Source: Elusimicrobia bacterium GWB2_63_22 (GTDB lineage: Bacteria > Elusimicrobiota > Elusimicrobia > Elusimicrobiales > UBA9959). Taken from it: a stretch of 64,000 nucleotides of DNA. Position numbers and translations under genes: made by a program. Under the pieces are notes generated by a model, which worked only from the letters and a program-made list of their open reading frames with translations, had not been told where the DNA came from and searched no databases. Positions 27,933 to 36,236 of the stretch are shown one piece after another (the stretch's first letter is position 1; each line of letters begins with the position of its first letter). The DNA lies in the NCBI GenBank assembly GCA_001799735.1, contig MGUA01000012.1, positions 97,108-161,107 of the forward strand. Direction: 5' to 3'.

Positions 27933-28448
27933 TCAATAGATGCCGCGCACGCGGCCGGTAACCGAGGCGAGGGGGAGGAAATGGAGCGGTTCCCCGGTGG
28001 ACGGGTCCCGCCAGGACGCGGAGTCGTTGGAATTGTCTCGGTTGTCGCCCAGCACGAAGACCGCTCCCCCGGGAACCGTCAGCGGTCCCAGGCTGTCCCC
28101 GGCGAGGGCTTCGTCCGGCCGGGCGTAATAGGCGTAGATCTCCAGCTGCGCCTCGCCGTTGAGGTGAACCTTCTTCTGGCGCAGTTCCACGGTGTCCCCG
28201 GCCACGGCTATGACGCGCTTGACGGATTCATGGTCCTCGCCGACGGGCGACTTGAAGGCCAGGATCTCGCCGCGCAGCGGCGCGCGGAAGCGGTAGGTGA
28301 CCTTGTCGAGCAGGAGGTGGTGCCCCTTGGTCAGGGTGGGGGCCATGGAGTCGCTGGCTATGTAGATGGGCTCGCCGAGCCAGCGGCGCGCGGCCAGCAC
28401 GGAGACCACTGTTATTATTACGATGAGCGTCGTTCTTAAGGGCTTCAT
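27933..28448 (-). CDS. lepB: Signal peptidase I
   Basis: N-terminal anchor helix. Catalytic Ser box SDSMAPTL, Lys box KRVIAVAGDTV, and GDNRDNSNDS box. Confidence 0.85.
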   Translation of the reverse strand: MKPLRTTLIVIITVVSVLAARRWLGEPIYIASDSMAPTLTKGHHLLLDKVTYRFRAPLRGEILAFKSPVGEDHESVKRVIAVAGDTVELRQKKVHLNGEAQLEIYAYYARPDEALAGDSLGPLTVPGGAVFVLGDNRDNSNDSASWRDPSTGEPLHFLPLASVTGRVRGIY

Positions 28449-28455
28449 AGGCGTC

Positions 28456-30057
28456 CTATTTAGGCAGGGTGACGGGCAGCCTGCCCGCGGGCTTAAACAG
28501 CCCGGCCAGGGCTTCGCCGGCGGCGGCCATGGACGGGGCGGTCATGCCGTAGAGCGCCATGGTGCAGGCGGCCTGCGGGTAGCCGGCCAGGTCGTAGGGG
28601 TTCATCAGGCTTATCAGTACCGACGGCTTGCCGGCGGCGAGCAGGCGGTTTATGGTCTCACGCTGGGTGGCGTTCTGCGCGCCGGCCCATTGGAAACTGC
28701 CTATCACCAGGATGTCGGCCTCGCGGGCCGCGGCCAGGATCTTCCTGGCGTCCGCGCCGTCCACTCCGATGTCGTAGAAATACTGGCTGGCCGGGTAGCC
28801 GTTCTCGAGCAGCGCGCGGTAGAGGTGGATGGAGTTAGAGGCGAAGCGCTGGGGGGCGAACATTATGACGGCTATCTTCTTGTCCTTGGGCAGCGGGAGC
28901 GAGCAGCCCGCGCCGGCGAGCGTGACGGCCTGGCGGGACAGGGCGGCGGTGATCTCCAGGTAGGCCTTGTCGAAGGGCGTCGGGGCCTCGGGCGGGTCGA
29001 AAAGCCCGGCGGCCCGCTTGGCGGCCAGGACTTTGTGGTAGGCGTCGTTGAGCCGGGTCTCGTTGATCCTGCCGGAGCGCACCTGCGCCGCTATCTCCCT
29101 CACCGCACGGCGCGGGTCGCCCCTGCCTATGAGCAGCAGGTCCGCCCCCGACCGAAGAGCTTCGGCCGCCGCCCTGTGTATGGACAGGCGCGAGGTGATA
29201 GCGCTCATGTCCAGGCTGTCGGTGATCACCAGGCCGCGGTAGCCCAGGTCTTTCTTCAGCAGGCCGCCGAGCACGGCGCGCGACAAGGTGGCCGGCCTTT
29301 TGGCGTCCAGGGCCGGGTAGCGGATATGGGCGGTCATGATGCCGGGGACGCCGAGCTCTATGGCCCGCTTGAAGGGGACCAGGTGGGCGGTGTGCAGTTC
29401 CGCCGTGGAGAGGGAGATCTCGGGCAGGGTCTTGTGCGAGTCCTGCAGGGCCGCGCCGTGGCCCGGGAAGTGCTTGCCCACGGCGATGACGCCGGCGGCC
29501 TTAAGGCCGTTGATAACGGCCCCGCCGAGCAGGGCTACCCTCTGCGGGTCCGAGCCGAAGGAGCGGATGCCGATGATGGGGTTCTTTGGATTGGTGTTGA
29601 CGTCGAGCACCGGCCCGAAAGCCACGTTGATGCCGGCGCGCTTGAGCTCCTTGCCGGCGAGGTAGAACAGCATGGCCGTATTGTTCTCGTCGGCGGCCGC
29701 GCCGAGCATCATGTTGGTGGGAAGTTCCAGCAGGCCGAGGGTGGTGGGGACGTAGACGCTGCCGCCCTCGTAGTCCACCGCGATGAACAGCGGCGTGCCG
29801 GAGGGGGAGGCCGCGGCTTCGGCCTGCAGGCTGTCGGCCAGCCGGCGGGTCTGCTCCAGCGAGTACGAGCCCCACTGCAGCTGTACGCCGCCCAGCCCTT
29901 CCCGGGCCGCGGCGGCCGCGGTGGAAACGTCGGCCGCCTCGGCGGAGACGATCAAGAGCTGGGCCGCCTTCTCCTCTATAGAGGGTTCGGCGGCCCATGA
30001 CCGGGATGCGGGGGCCAGGAGAAACGCGAGGAGTAAAAGTCCGCCCGGGATCTTCAT
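28456..30057 (-). CDS. Glycoside hydrolase family 3 protein (beta-N-acetylhexosaminidase / NagZ-like, exported)
   Basis: Signal peptide. GH3 N-domain motifs (GINVAFGPVLDVN, KHFPGHGAA, GIMTAHIRYPALD, VITDSLDM) followed by an additional alpha/beta domain. Confidence 0.8.
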   Translation of the reverse strand: MKIPGGLLLLAFLLAPASRSWAAEPSIEEKAAQLLIVSAEAADVSTAAAAAREGLGGVQLQWGSYSLEQTRRLADSLQAEAAASPSGTPLFIAVDYEGGSVYVPTTLGLLELPTNMMLGAAADENNTAMLFYLAGKELKRAGINVAFGPVLDVNTNPKNPIIGIRSFGSDPQRVALLGGAVINGLKAAGVIAVGKHFPGHGAALQDSHKTLPEISLSTAELHTAHLVPFKRAIELGVPGIMTAHIRYPALDAKRPATLSRAVLGGLLKKDLGYRGLVITDSLDMSAITSRLSIHRAAAEALRSGADLLLIGRGDPRRAVREIAAQVRSGRINETRLNDAYHKVLAAKRAAGLFDPPEAPTPFDKAYLEITAALSRQAVTLAGAGCSLPLPKDKKIAVIMFAPQRFASNSIHLYRALLENGYPASQYFYDIGVDGADARKILAAAREADILVIGSFQWAGAQNATQRETINRLLAAGKPSVLISLMNPYDLAGYPQAACTMALYGMTAPSMAAAGEALAGLFKPAGRLPVTLPK

Positions 30058-30060
30058 TCC

Positions 30061-31620
30061 TTATTTAGAGAACTTGTAGCCGCGCCTGGTGGCCTGCCGG
30101 CGGATGGTGTCGATCATGGCCTTGTCGAGGGTGTTGGCGCCGGCCTGCTTCTTCTCCTCCTGGGCGATGTAGACCTTGCGCTGGGCCTGCAGGCTGTTGA
30201 TCTCTTCTTTTATCTTCTTGCGCTCGGCCAGCTTCTCGTCGAGGTATTTCTCGCGCGCTTTTTTGTCCAGCTTGCGGACTTCCTCGGGCAGCTGCTCGGC
30301 GTCGATGTCCTCTTTTTTCATGGCGCCGCTCTCCAGGGCGGAGACCGCGTCCCAGGAGGCTTCGGACGCCACCTGCGCCGGGGCCGCCGAGGCCTGGAAG
30401 GCCGCGCGCTCCGCGACTACAGCCCTGCCGGCGCTTTTGGCGGCGCCGTACGCGCCGCGCTTGGCCTCTATCCGGCCGCCGGCCCCGGCGCCGTAGCCCA
30501 CGTAGGTGTCGTTGAGCCGGCCGCTGAGCGCGGCTATCTTGTCGTCCTGCGGGGCGGCGATGGCGTAGTCGCGCAGGGACTGGTCGATGTTGGCGTAGTC
30601 GCCCTCGGCCAGCTCCGCGCCGGTTTTCCACTGCTCCGCCAGGCCCTGCTGGCGCGCGCCGCAGTAGATGGTGTTGACGAAAATATTCTTGGCCTTGGCC
30701 CTGGCGACCGCGTCCTGGAACGGCACCGGGCCCTGGGTGAACGGCTCGTTGCCGGCGATGAAGATGGCCTTGTACACGTCGGACTTGGGGCTCCACTTCA
30801 GGTCTTTGACGGCTTCCCCGATGACCTGGCCGCAGTACTCGTCGCCGCCGTTGGTCTTGAGCGCGAAAAGTTCCTGGGCGACCTTGTCGAGGTCGGCGGT
30901 GAACGGCAGCACCCGGCGTATCCAGCCGCCCTCCCGGGGGAGCGACGAGTTGCCGTATTCGTAGAGGGCTACTTCGATGAGGGGCTTGGAACCGCTCTTT
31001 TCCGAGGAGACCAGCTCGTTGACGATCTTCCAGACCTGGGTGCGGGCCTGGTTTATGAGGCCGTCCATGGAATTGGAGGTGTCGAGCAGGATGGCCACCT
31101 GCACCAGCGGCTTGGAGCCGTAGTCCTGCGGGCGGGGCCCGACGGGAGCGGTATCCTTCCAGGTCTTTTCGACGTTAGAGGAGGCGGCGGCGAGGATCTT
31201 GCCGGTTTCGGTCTCCACTACGCGGGCGTTGATCTCGGTCTCGGTCTCTTTCAGGTCGTTGAGCGTGCCGGTGACGACAGCGTCGGCGCCGAGCATCTTG
31301 CCCAGTTTCTTGGCCGTCTCGTCGTCTATGGCGCCGGAAGACTGCAGGTTGAGCTCGCCCATTACCTTCTTAAGGAGGCCGCGCTCTATCAGGGTTATTT
31401 TCTTGTTCTGGGCCAGGGCGGTGGTGAGGCGCTCCTGCACTATGACCGGGCCGTCGGAGGCCCTGCCGCCGGCGTAGGGGAATTCCAGCACCGCCAGCTT
31501 TATGGCCGGGCGGTCCTTGATCCCGTTAGAAAGCCGGCCCGCCAGTTTTTCCAGCGGCTGCGCCCAGGCTCCGCCGCAGAGGGTGCCGAGCAGTAGCGCC
31601 GAGGTTAAAAGTTTTTTCAT
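30061..31620 (-). CDS. Exported VWA-domain protein with LpoB/CsgG/FlgO-like N-terminal domain and charged coiled-coil tail
   Basis: Signal peptide. N-domain LAVLEFPYAGG...LTTALAQNKKITLIERGLLKKVMGELNLQSSG...GADAVVTGTL. VWA MIDAS motif VAILLDTSNSMDG. K/E-rich helical C-terminus. Confidence 0.75.
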   Translation of the reverse strand: MKKLLTSALLLGTLCGGAWAQPLEKLAGRLSNGIKDRPAIKLAVLEFPYAGGRASDGPVIVQERLTTALAQNKKITLIERGLLKKVMGELNLQSSGAIDDETAKKLGKMLGADAVVTGTLNDLKETETEINARVVETETGKILAAASSNVEKTWKDTAPVGPRPQDYGSKPLVQVAILLDTSNSMDGLINQARTQVWKIVNELVSSEKSGSKPLIEVALYEYGNSSLPREGGWIRRVLPFTADLDKVAQELFALKTNGGDEYCGQVIGEAVKDLKWSPKSDVYKAIFIAGNEPFTQGPVPFQDAVARAKAKNIFVNTIYCGARQQGLAEQWKTGAELAEGDYANIDQSLRDYAIAAPQDDKIAALSGRLNDTYVGYGAGAGGRIEAKRGAYGAAKSAGRAVVAERAAFQASAAPAQVASEASWDAVSALESGAMKKEDIDAEQLPEEVRKLDKKAREKYLDEKLAERKKIKEEINSLQAQRKVYIAQEEKKQAGANTLDKAMIDTIRRQATRRGYKFSK

Positions 31621-31729
31621 AAGCCTCCCTGACCTGTCCCCAAAAGGATACCAAAAAATCCGAATTTATGGCTATTGAAGTTTATACGGTAAAATTGTAA
31701 TTTAATCCTATAGAAGCATAGGGGGAAAT

Positions 31730-32743
31730 GTGAACCGAACCTGTTATAAGCTCCCGCTGGTGATTTTCGCCGTCATGCTCGCCGCCTGCGGCCGGAAGGA
31801 GCCGGCCGCCTACGAACAGACCGCTTTTATCATGAACGTGCCCGCCCAGGTTAAAGTTTACGGGGCGGACGGAGCCGCCGGCAAGGCCGTGGCCGACGCC
31901 GTGCTGGGGGAATGGCGGCGCATCTCCGACGAGTTCAGCTTCAGCGAACCGTACAGCCAGACCACGCTGGTGAATAAAAAAGCCTACGGGGACTGGGTGA
32001 AGGTGGAGCCGGAGATGTTCTACCTGCTGCAGCTGTCGATGGATTACTACAAGCTTACGGGGGGGGCTTTCGACATAACCTTCGCCCCGCTCTGGCCGAT
32101 CTGGAAGGACGCCGCTTCCACCCGCAAGATGCCTGCCCGGGAGGACATCCAGAAGGCCCTGACCAACATGGGCGCGGGTTACGTGCAGCTGGACCCGGCC
32201 CGGCGGATGGTGCGGTTTACGAAGCCGGTGCAGATCAACATGGGCGGGATCATGCGCGGCTACTGTTTTGTAAGGGCGGCGCGGCTCCTTAAAGAACTGG
32301 CGCCGGCCTACCCGGTGGAACTGCGCCTGGGCGGCAATATGCTGGCCTACGGCGCCCGGAGCTGGGACTACACCATAGAAGATCCGTTTCACGACGACAG
32401 GGTGTTCGGCAAGTTCTCCTTCCCCGGCGGGGTGGTCATGTCCTCCTCGGGGCGGGACAAGTTCGTGCAGATAGAGGGCAAACTCTACTCCCACATCCTC
32501 GACCTGAAGACCGGCTACCCGATAGAGGACTTTTCCAACCTTGTGGTGTATTTTCCGGACCTCGGCAACGAGAACTTTATCCCGTCCGCGGTGCTCGCGG
32601 TGATGGGGCAGGAGAAGGCGTTCGCCCTGCTCTCGAAGATGAAAGGGACCGCCGCCGTCTGGCTGGACGGGGCGGGCAAGGATACCGTCTTTACGGCCCC
32701 GGAGTCCAAAGCCTCCTGGGCGAAGACCCGGCGCCTGTTCTGA
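31730..32743 (+). CDS. apbE: FAD:protein FMN transferase (ApbE family lipoprotein)
   Basis: GTG start. Lipobox-like VMLAAC. ApbE motifs GGAFDITFAPLW, GGIMRGYC, SSSGRDKF and YSHILDLKTGYP. Confidence 0.85.
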   Translation: MNRTCYKLPLVIFAVMLAACGRKEPAAYEQTAFIMNVPAQVKVYGADGAAGKAVADAVLGEWRRISDEFSFSEPYSQTTLVNKKAYGDWVKVEPEMFYLLQLSMDYYKLTGGAFDITFAPLWPIWKDAASTRKMPAREDIQKALTNMGAGYVQLDPARRMVRFTKPVQINMGGIMRGYCFVRAARLLKELAPAYPVELRLGGNMLAYGARSWDYTIEDPFHDDRVFGKFSFPGGVVMSSSGRDKFVQIEGKLYSHILDLKTGYPIEDFSNLVVYFPDLGNENFIPSAVLAVMGQEKAFALLSKMKGTAAVWLDGAGKDTVFTAPESKASWAKTRRLF

Positions 32744-32767
32744 GGCCCTTTTTTGAGGAAATAAAAA

Positions 32768-32790
32768 AGCCCGGCACGCCGGGCTTTTTT
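32768..32790. terminator. Bidirectional intrinsic terminator
   Basis: AAAAAA-GCCCGGC-ACGC... The sequence AGCCCGGCACGCCGGGCT forms a hairpin flanked by an A-run and TTTTTT, between convergent apbE and the asparaginase-like gene. Confidence 0.75.
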
Positions 32791-32807
32791 GTTCGCAGGC
32801 GCGGTGC

Positions 32808-33296
32808 TTACTTTATCTCTTCGAATTCGCCCTTGGCCTTGTTCTTGCGGACGTTGTACCAGTTGAAATACCTGCCGTTCATGGCGATATAGACGCCGGG
32901 GGGGAGGGTCTGCGAGAAGGAGAGTGCCGAGCCGAGGTTGAACATCCCGTCGGAGGAGCCGAATTTGTACGGGATCATGGCCCCGGTAAGGATGACGGTC
33001 TTGTTCTTGATGGCCGGGCCCAGCAGGCGGGCGGTTTCGGGCATGGTGTCGGTGCCGTGCGTGACGACCAGGCTGCGCTCTTTGGAGGCCAGGCATTCCC
33101 GCAGGATCTTTTTGCGGTGGGCCGCCGTCATGAAAAGGCTGTCTATCATCAGCAGCGTCTTTACGGCTATCTTCAGGCGGGAACGGCCGAGGGCCAGCAT
33201 CTCTTTGACGTGGCTCTCCCGGAAGAAGAGCTCGCCGTTGAGCTCGTTGTATTCCTTGTCGAAAGTGCCGCCGGTTATTATAAGTTTTATGCTCAT
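32808..33296 (-). CDS. Asparaginase-domain protein (stand-alone N-terminal domain, 162 aa)
   Basis: Active-site threonine motifs ITGGTFDK and VVTHGTDTM of the L-asparaginase/GatD N-domain. Only about half the length of a canonical type I asparaginase. Confidence 0.7.
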   Translation of the reverse strand: MSIKLIITGGTFDKEYNELNGELFFRESHVKEMLALGRSRLKIAVKTLLMIDSLFMTAAHRKKILRECLASKERSLVVTHGTDTMPETARLLGPAIKNKTVILTGAMIPYKFGSSDGMFNLGSALSFSQTLPPGVYIAMNGRYFNWYNVRKNKAKGEFEEIK

Positions 33297-33384
33297 ATTT
33301 TAAGGGTTTGGGACTCTCAGAACTGAAAATCAGGCCGCAGAACTTATATTAGCATTTTTAGCATTTTGCTATGATTGTAGGGCG

Positions 33385-34593
33385 ATGGACAATCCTAAAT
33401 ACGCCCGCCGGGTGATGCTGCTGGTCTTCTGCCTCAGCCTTTTTAATTACATAGACCGCCAGGTGCTCTACGCGGTTTTCCCGCTGATCAAGGCCGACCT
33501 GCACCTGAGCGACGCCAAGCTGGGCTTCCTCGCGTCCTCGTTCATGCTGGTCTACATGTGCTTCGCGCCTTTTGTGGGCTACTTCGGAGACCGAGTGCGC
33601 CGGCCGCTGATAATAGGCGTGAGCGCGATCTTCTGGAGCGTCTCCACGCTGTTCAGCGGCCTGGTGAAGAATTACGGCCAGCTGCTGGCCACGCGCTCCG
33701 CGGTGGGCATAGGCGAGGCCGGCTACGGCACGGTCTGCCCGTCTTTCCTGGCCGAGTGGTTCCCGACCGAGCGGCGCGCCCGCGTGATGGCGCTGTACGC
33801 GCTGGCCATCCCGGCCGGCAGCGCCGTCGGCTACCTGCTCGGCGGTTTCCTGGGCCAGCATTTCGGCTGGCGCAACGCTTTCTTCATTGTGGCCGTGCCC
33901 GGCATGCTGCTGGGCGTCATCGCCCTGTTCCTCCGGGAGACGCCGGAAAAGCTGCAGCGCGCGGAGCATATCTCCTTCGGAGGCTATAAAGCCCTGCTCA
34001 AGAACCGCACCTTCCTGCTGATCTGCCTGGCGCAGTCCATCGGCACCTTTTCGGTGGGCGGGCTCGCGGCCTGGATGCCGTCCTACTTTGTCCGCGCCTT
34101 CGGCGTGTCGGTGGGCAAGGCCGGGTTCCTGTTCGGCGCCGTTACGGTGGTGGCCGGCCTGCTGGGCAACTTCGCCGGGGGCTGGGCCGCGGACTGGCTG
34201 CACAAGCGCACAAAGCGGGCCTACTTCGTGGTGGGCTACATGAGTTTTTTCCTGAGCATCCCGTTCGGCGTGTCGGCCATCTTTACCGACGATCTTAATA
34301 CGTGCCTGGCTATGATCTTCTTCGCCGAGTTCTTTATCTTCGCCTACTCGGGCCCCTACCACGCGGCCATCGTGGAGACGGTGCCTGTTACCATGCGCTC
34401 CATGGCCTTCGCGCTGGATATCTTCATCATCCACGCGCTGGGCGACGCCGTCTCGCCTTTCCTGCTCGGCGTAGTGTCGGACTCGGCCGGCCTGCCCGTG
34501 GCCATCTTTATCGCCATGATCTACCTGCTCGCCGGCGGGGTGATCTCTATCCTGGCCGGCGAAGCTTACAAAAAGGACTTCCACGCCGCATGA
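33385..34593 (+). CDS. MFS transporter (Spinster-like)
   Basis: 402 aa, 12 predicted helices. MFS motifs NYIDRQVL, GYFGDRVRRP and RSAVGIGEAGY. Confidence 0.85.
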   Translation: MDNPKYARRVMLLVFCLSLFNYIDRQVLYAVFPLIKADLHLSDAKLGFLASSFMLVYMCFAPFVGYFGDRVRRPLIIGVSAIFWSVSTLFSGLVKNYGQLLATRSAVGIGEAGYGTVCPSFLAEWFPTERRARVMALYALAIPAGSAVGYLLGGFLGQHFGWRNAFFIVAVPGMLLGVIALFLRETPEKLQRAEHISFGGYKALLKNRTFLLICLAQSIGTFSVGGLAAWMPSYFVRAFGVSVGKAGFLFGAVTVVAGLLGNFAGGWAADWLHKRTKRAYFVVGYMSFFLSIPFGVSAIFTDDLNTCLAMIFFAEFFIFAYSGPYHAAIVETVPVTMRSMAFALDIFIIHALGDAVSPFLLGVVSDSAGLPVAIFIAMIYLLAGGVISILAGEAYKKDFHAA

Positions 34594-35240
34594 AACCAGA
34601 CGCTATCGAAATAGTGCGCGAGACCCCGGAACTGCTGGTGGTCAACAAGCCCTCGGGCCTGCTGACCATGCCGGCGCGCGGCGACCTGGCCAAGGCCAAG
34701 CACCTCGTGGGCCTGCTGCACCAGCGCTTCGGCCGGGTGTACGTTACGCACCGCCTGGACCGGGACGCCAGCGGCCTCATCATCTTCGCCCGCAATCCCG
34801 AGGCGCACCGCTATTATTCCGGGCTTTTCGAGACGCGCGCGGTGGAAAAGAAATACCTGGTCGTGGTGGAGGGGAAGGTGGCCGACGACCGGGGCGAGAT
34901 AGACAAGCCGCTCAAGGAGCGGGGCTCCGGGCGGATGTCGGTGGTCTTCGACGGTAAGCCTTCGCTTACCCGGTACAAGGTGCTGGAGCGGCTTAAGGGC
35001 GCGACCGTGCTGGAGGTCTCCATCGTTACGGGCCGCCGGCACCAGATCCGGGCGCACCTCTATTCCATAGGCAACCCGGTGCTGGGCGACAGCATGTACG
35101 GGGACGCCGTCAAGCAGAGTAAATTCCCGCGCCTGATGCTGCATTCCTGGAAGCTGCGGTTTACCGATACGGCCGGGAAAGTGATGTCGCTGGAGGCCGA
35201 CCCGCCGGACGATTTCATGGGCGTGCTCAAGGTGCTATAA
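34590..35240 (+). CDS. RluA-family pseudouridine synthase
   Basis: The true start is ATG 34590 (MKPDAIEIV...), overlapping the MFS stop (ATGA). The first 96 aa of the track ORF 34302-35240 are an off-frame read-through of the MFS gene. Motifs LLVVNKPSGLL, HRLDRDASGLIIFA (catalytic Asp), GRRHQIRAH and LHSW. Confidence 0.85.
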   Translation: MKPDAIEIVRETPELLVVNKPSGLLTMPARGDLAKAKHLVGLLHQRFGRVYVTHRLDRDASGLIIFARNPEAHRYYSGLFETRAVEKKYLVVVEGKVADDRGEIDKPLKERGSGRMSVVFDGKPSLTRYKVLERLKGATVLEVSIVTGRRHQIRAHLYSIGNPVLGDSMYGDAVKQSKFPRLMLHSWKLRFTDTAGKVMSLEADPPDDFMGVLKVL

Positions 35241-35267
35241 TCTAGGCTCATCGTAAGGCTTCCCAAT

Positions 35268-35297
35268 AAGGCATCCGTTCCGGGTGCCTTTTTGTTT
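35268..35297 (+). terminator. Intrinsic terminator after the RluA-family gene
   Basis: AAGGCATCCG-TTC-CGGGTGCCTT (10 bp including one G-U), followed by TTTGTTT. Confidence 0.6.
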
Positions 35298-35358
35298 AGG
35301 TGAAACTTTCAGCCGACCTCGGCATCTAACAAGGAAGGGATAAAAAGGAGTGATCGCT

Positions 35359-36006
35359 ATGACTTTCATGGACCAGCAGACCGCCGACGAAGTCAGGAAA
35401 CGCCTCGAGACGCTGGAGGCGGAGGTAAAAATAGTCTATTTCAAGGAATCGCTGCTCTGCCAGACCTGCGGGCCGGCCGAGGATTTCTATAAGGAAGTGG
35501 CCGCGCTCTCGCCCAAGGTGAAGCTGGAGGTGTACAACCGGGTGACGGATACGGAGAAGGCCGCGGCCTACGGCGTAAGCCTGACCCCTGCGGCGGTGAT
35601 AGAAGGGGGCAAAGGCGCCCGGGTGCGTTTTTACGGCATACCCGCCGGCTACGAGTTCGTCTCCCTGCTGGAGGCGCTCAAGAACTCGGCTGCTCCCGCG
35701 CAGGAGCTGCAGCCCGAGACCCTGGCCGCCCTGGGCGCGCTGACCGCGCCGGTGAACATAAAGGTGTTCGTCACGCCCACCTGCCCTTATTGCCCGCCGG
35801 CGGTGGTGCTGGCGCATAAGTTCGCGCTGGCCTCCCCGCAGGTCACGGCCGAGATGATAGAGTCGAGCGAATTTCCTGAGCTGGCGGCCAAGTACGAGGT
35901 GTCGGGCGTGCCGCAGATAGTGGTCAACGAGAAGACCACGCTGGTGGGCGCGCAGCCGGAAGCGGCCCTGCTGAAGGCCGTGCTGGACAGCGTGGCCGCG
36001 GCGTAG
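35359..36006 (+). CDS. Two-domain thioredoxin-fold protein disulfide oxidoreductase (glutaredoxin-like PDO)
   Basis: N-domain CQTC and C-domain CPYC (VTPTCPYCPPAV...VSGVPQIVVN) redox motifs. AAGGAG RBS 8 nt upstream of ATG 35359. The track's GTG 35350 overlaps the RBS. Confidence 0.75.
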   Translation: MTFMDQQTADEVRKRLETLEAEVKIVYFKESLLCQTCGPAEDFYKEVAALSPKVKLEVYNRVTDTEKAAAYGVSLTPAAVIEGGKGARVRFYGIPAGYEFVSLLEALKNSAAPAQELQPETLAALGALTAPVNIKVFVTPTCPYCPPAVVLAHKFALASPQVTAEMIESSEFPELAAKYEVSGVPQIVVNEKTTLVGAQPEAALLKAVLDSVAAA

Positions 36007-36023
36007 GTCTTACTGGAGGAAAT

Positions 36024-36233
36024 ATGATAACCAAGAATGTCGGCGGGATAGACAGGGTGATACGGCTGGTGGCGGGGCTCGCCCTGGCCTACGCGGCTTA
36101 CGTCACTTCGGGGCCGGCGGCCTACATACTGTGGGCGGCGGCGGCGATGGCCGTTTTTACCGGCCTGGTGGGCTGGTGCGGGATCTACCGGCTGTTCGGC
36201 CTGAACACCTGCGAGATAGCCGATAAGCCCTGA
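36024..36233 (+). CDS. DUF2892/YgaP-like small membrane protein
   Basis: 69 aa. N-terminal GGIDRVIRLVAGL motif and two helices, ending in WCGIYRLFGLNTC, typical of DUF2892. GGAGG RBS. Confidence 0.7.
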   Translation: MITKNVGGIDRVIRLVAGLALAYAAYVTSGPAAYILWAAAAMAVFTGLVGWCGIYRLFGLNTCEIADKP

Positions 36234-36236
36234 CCG

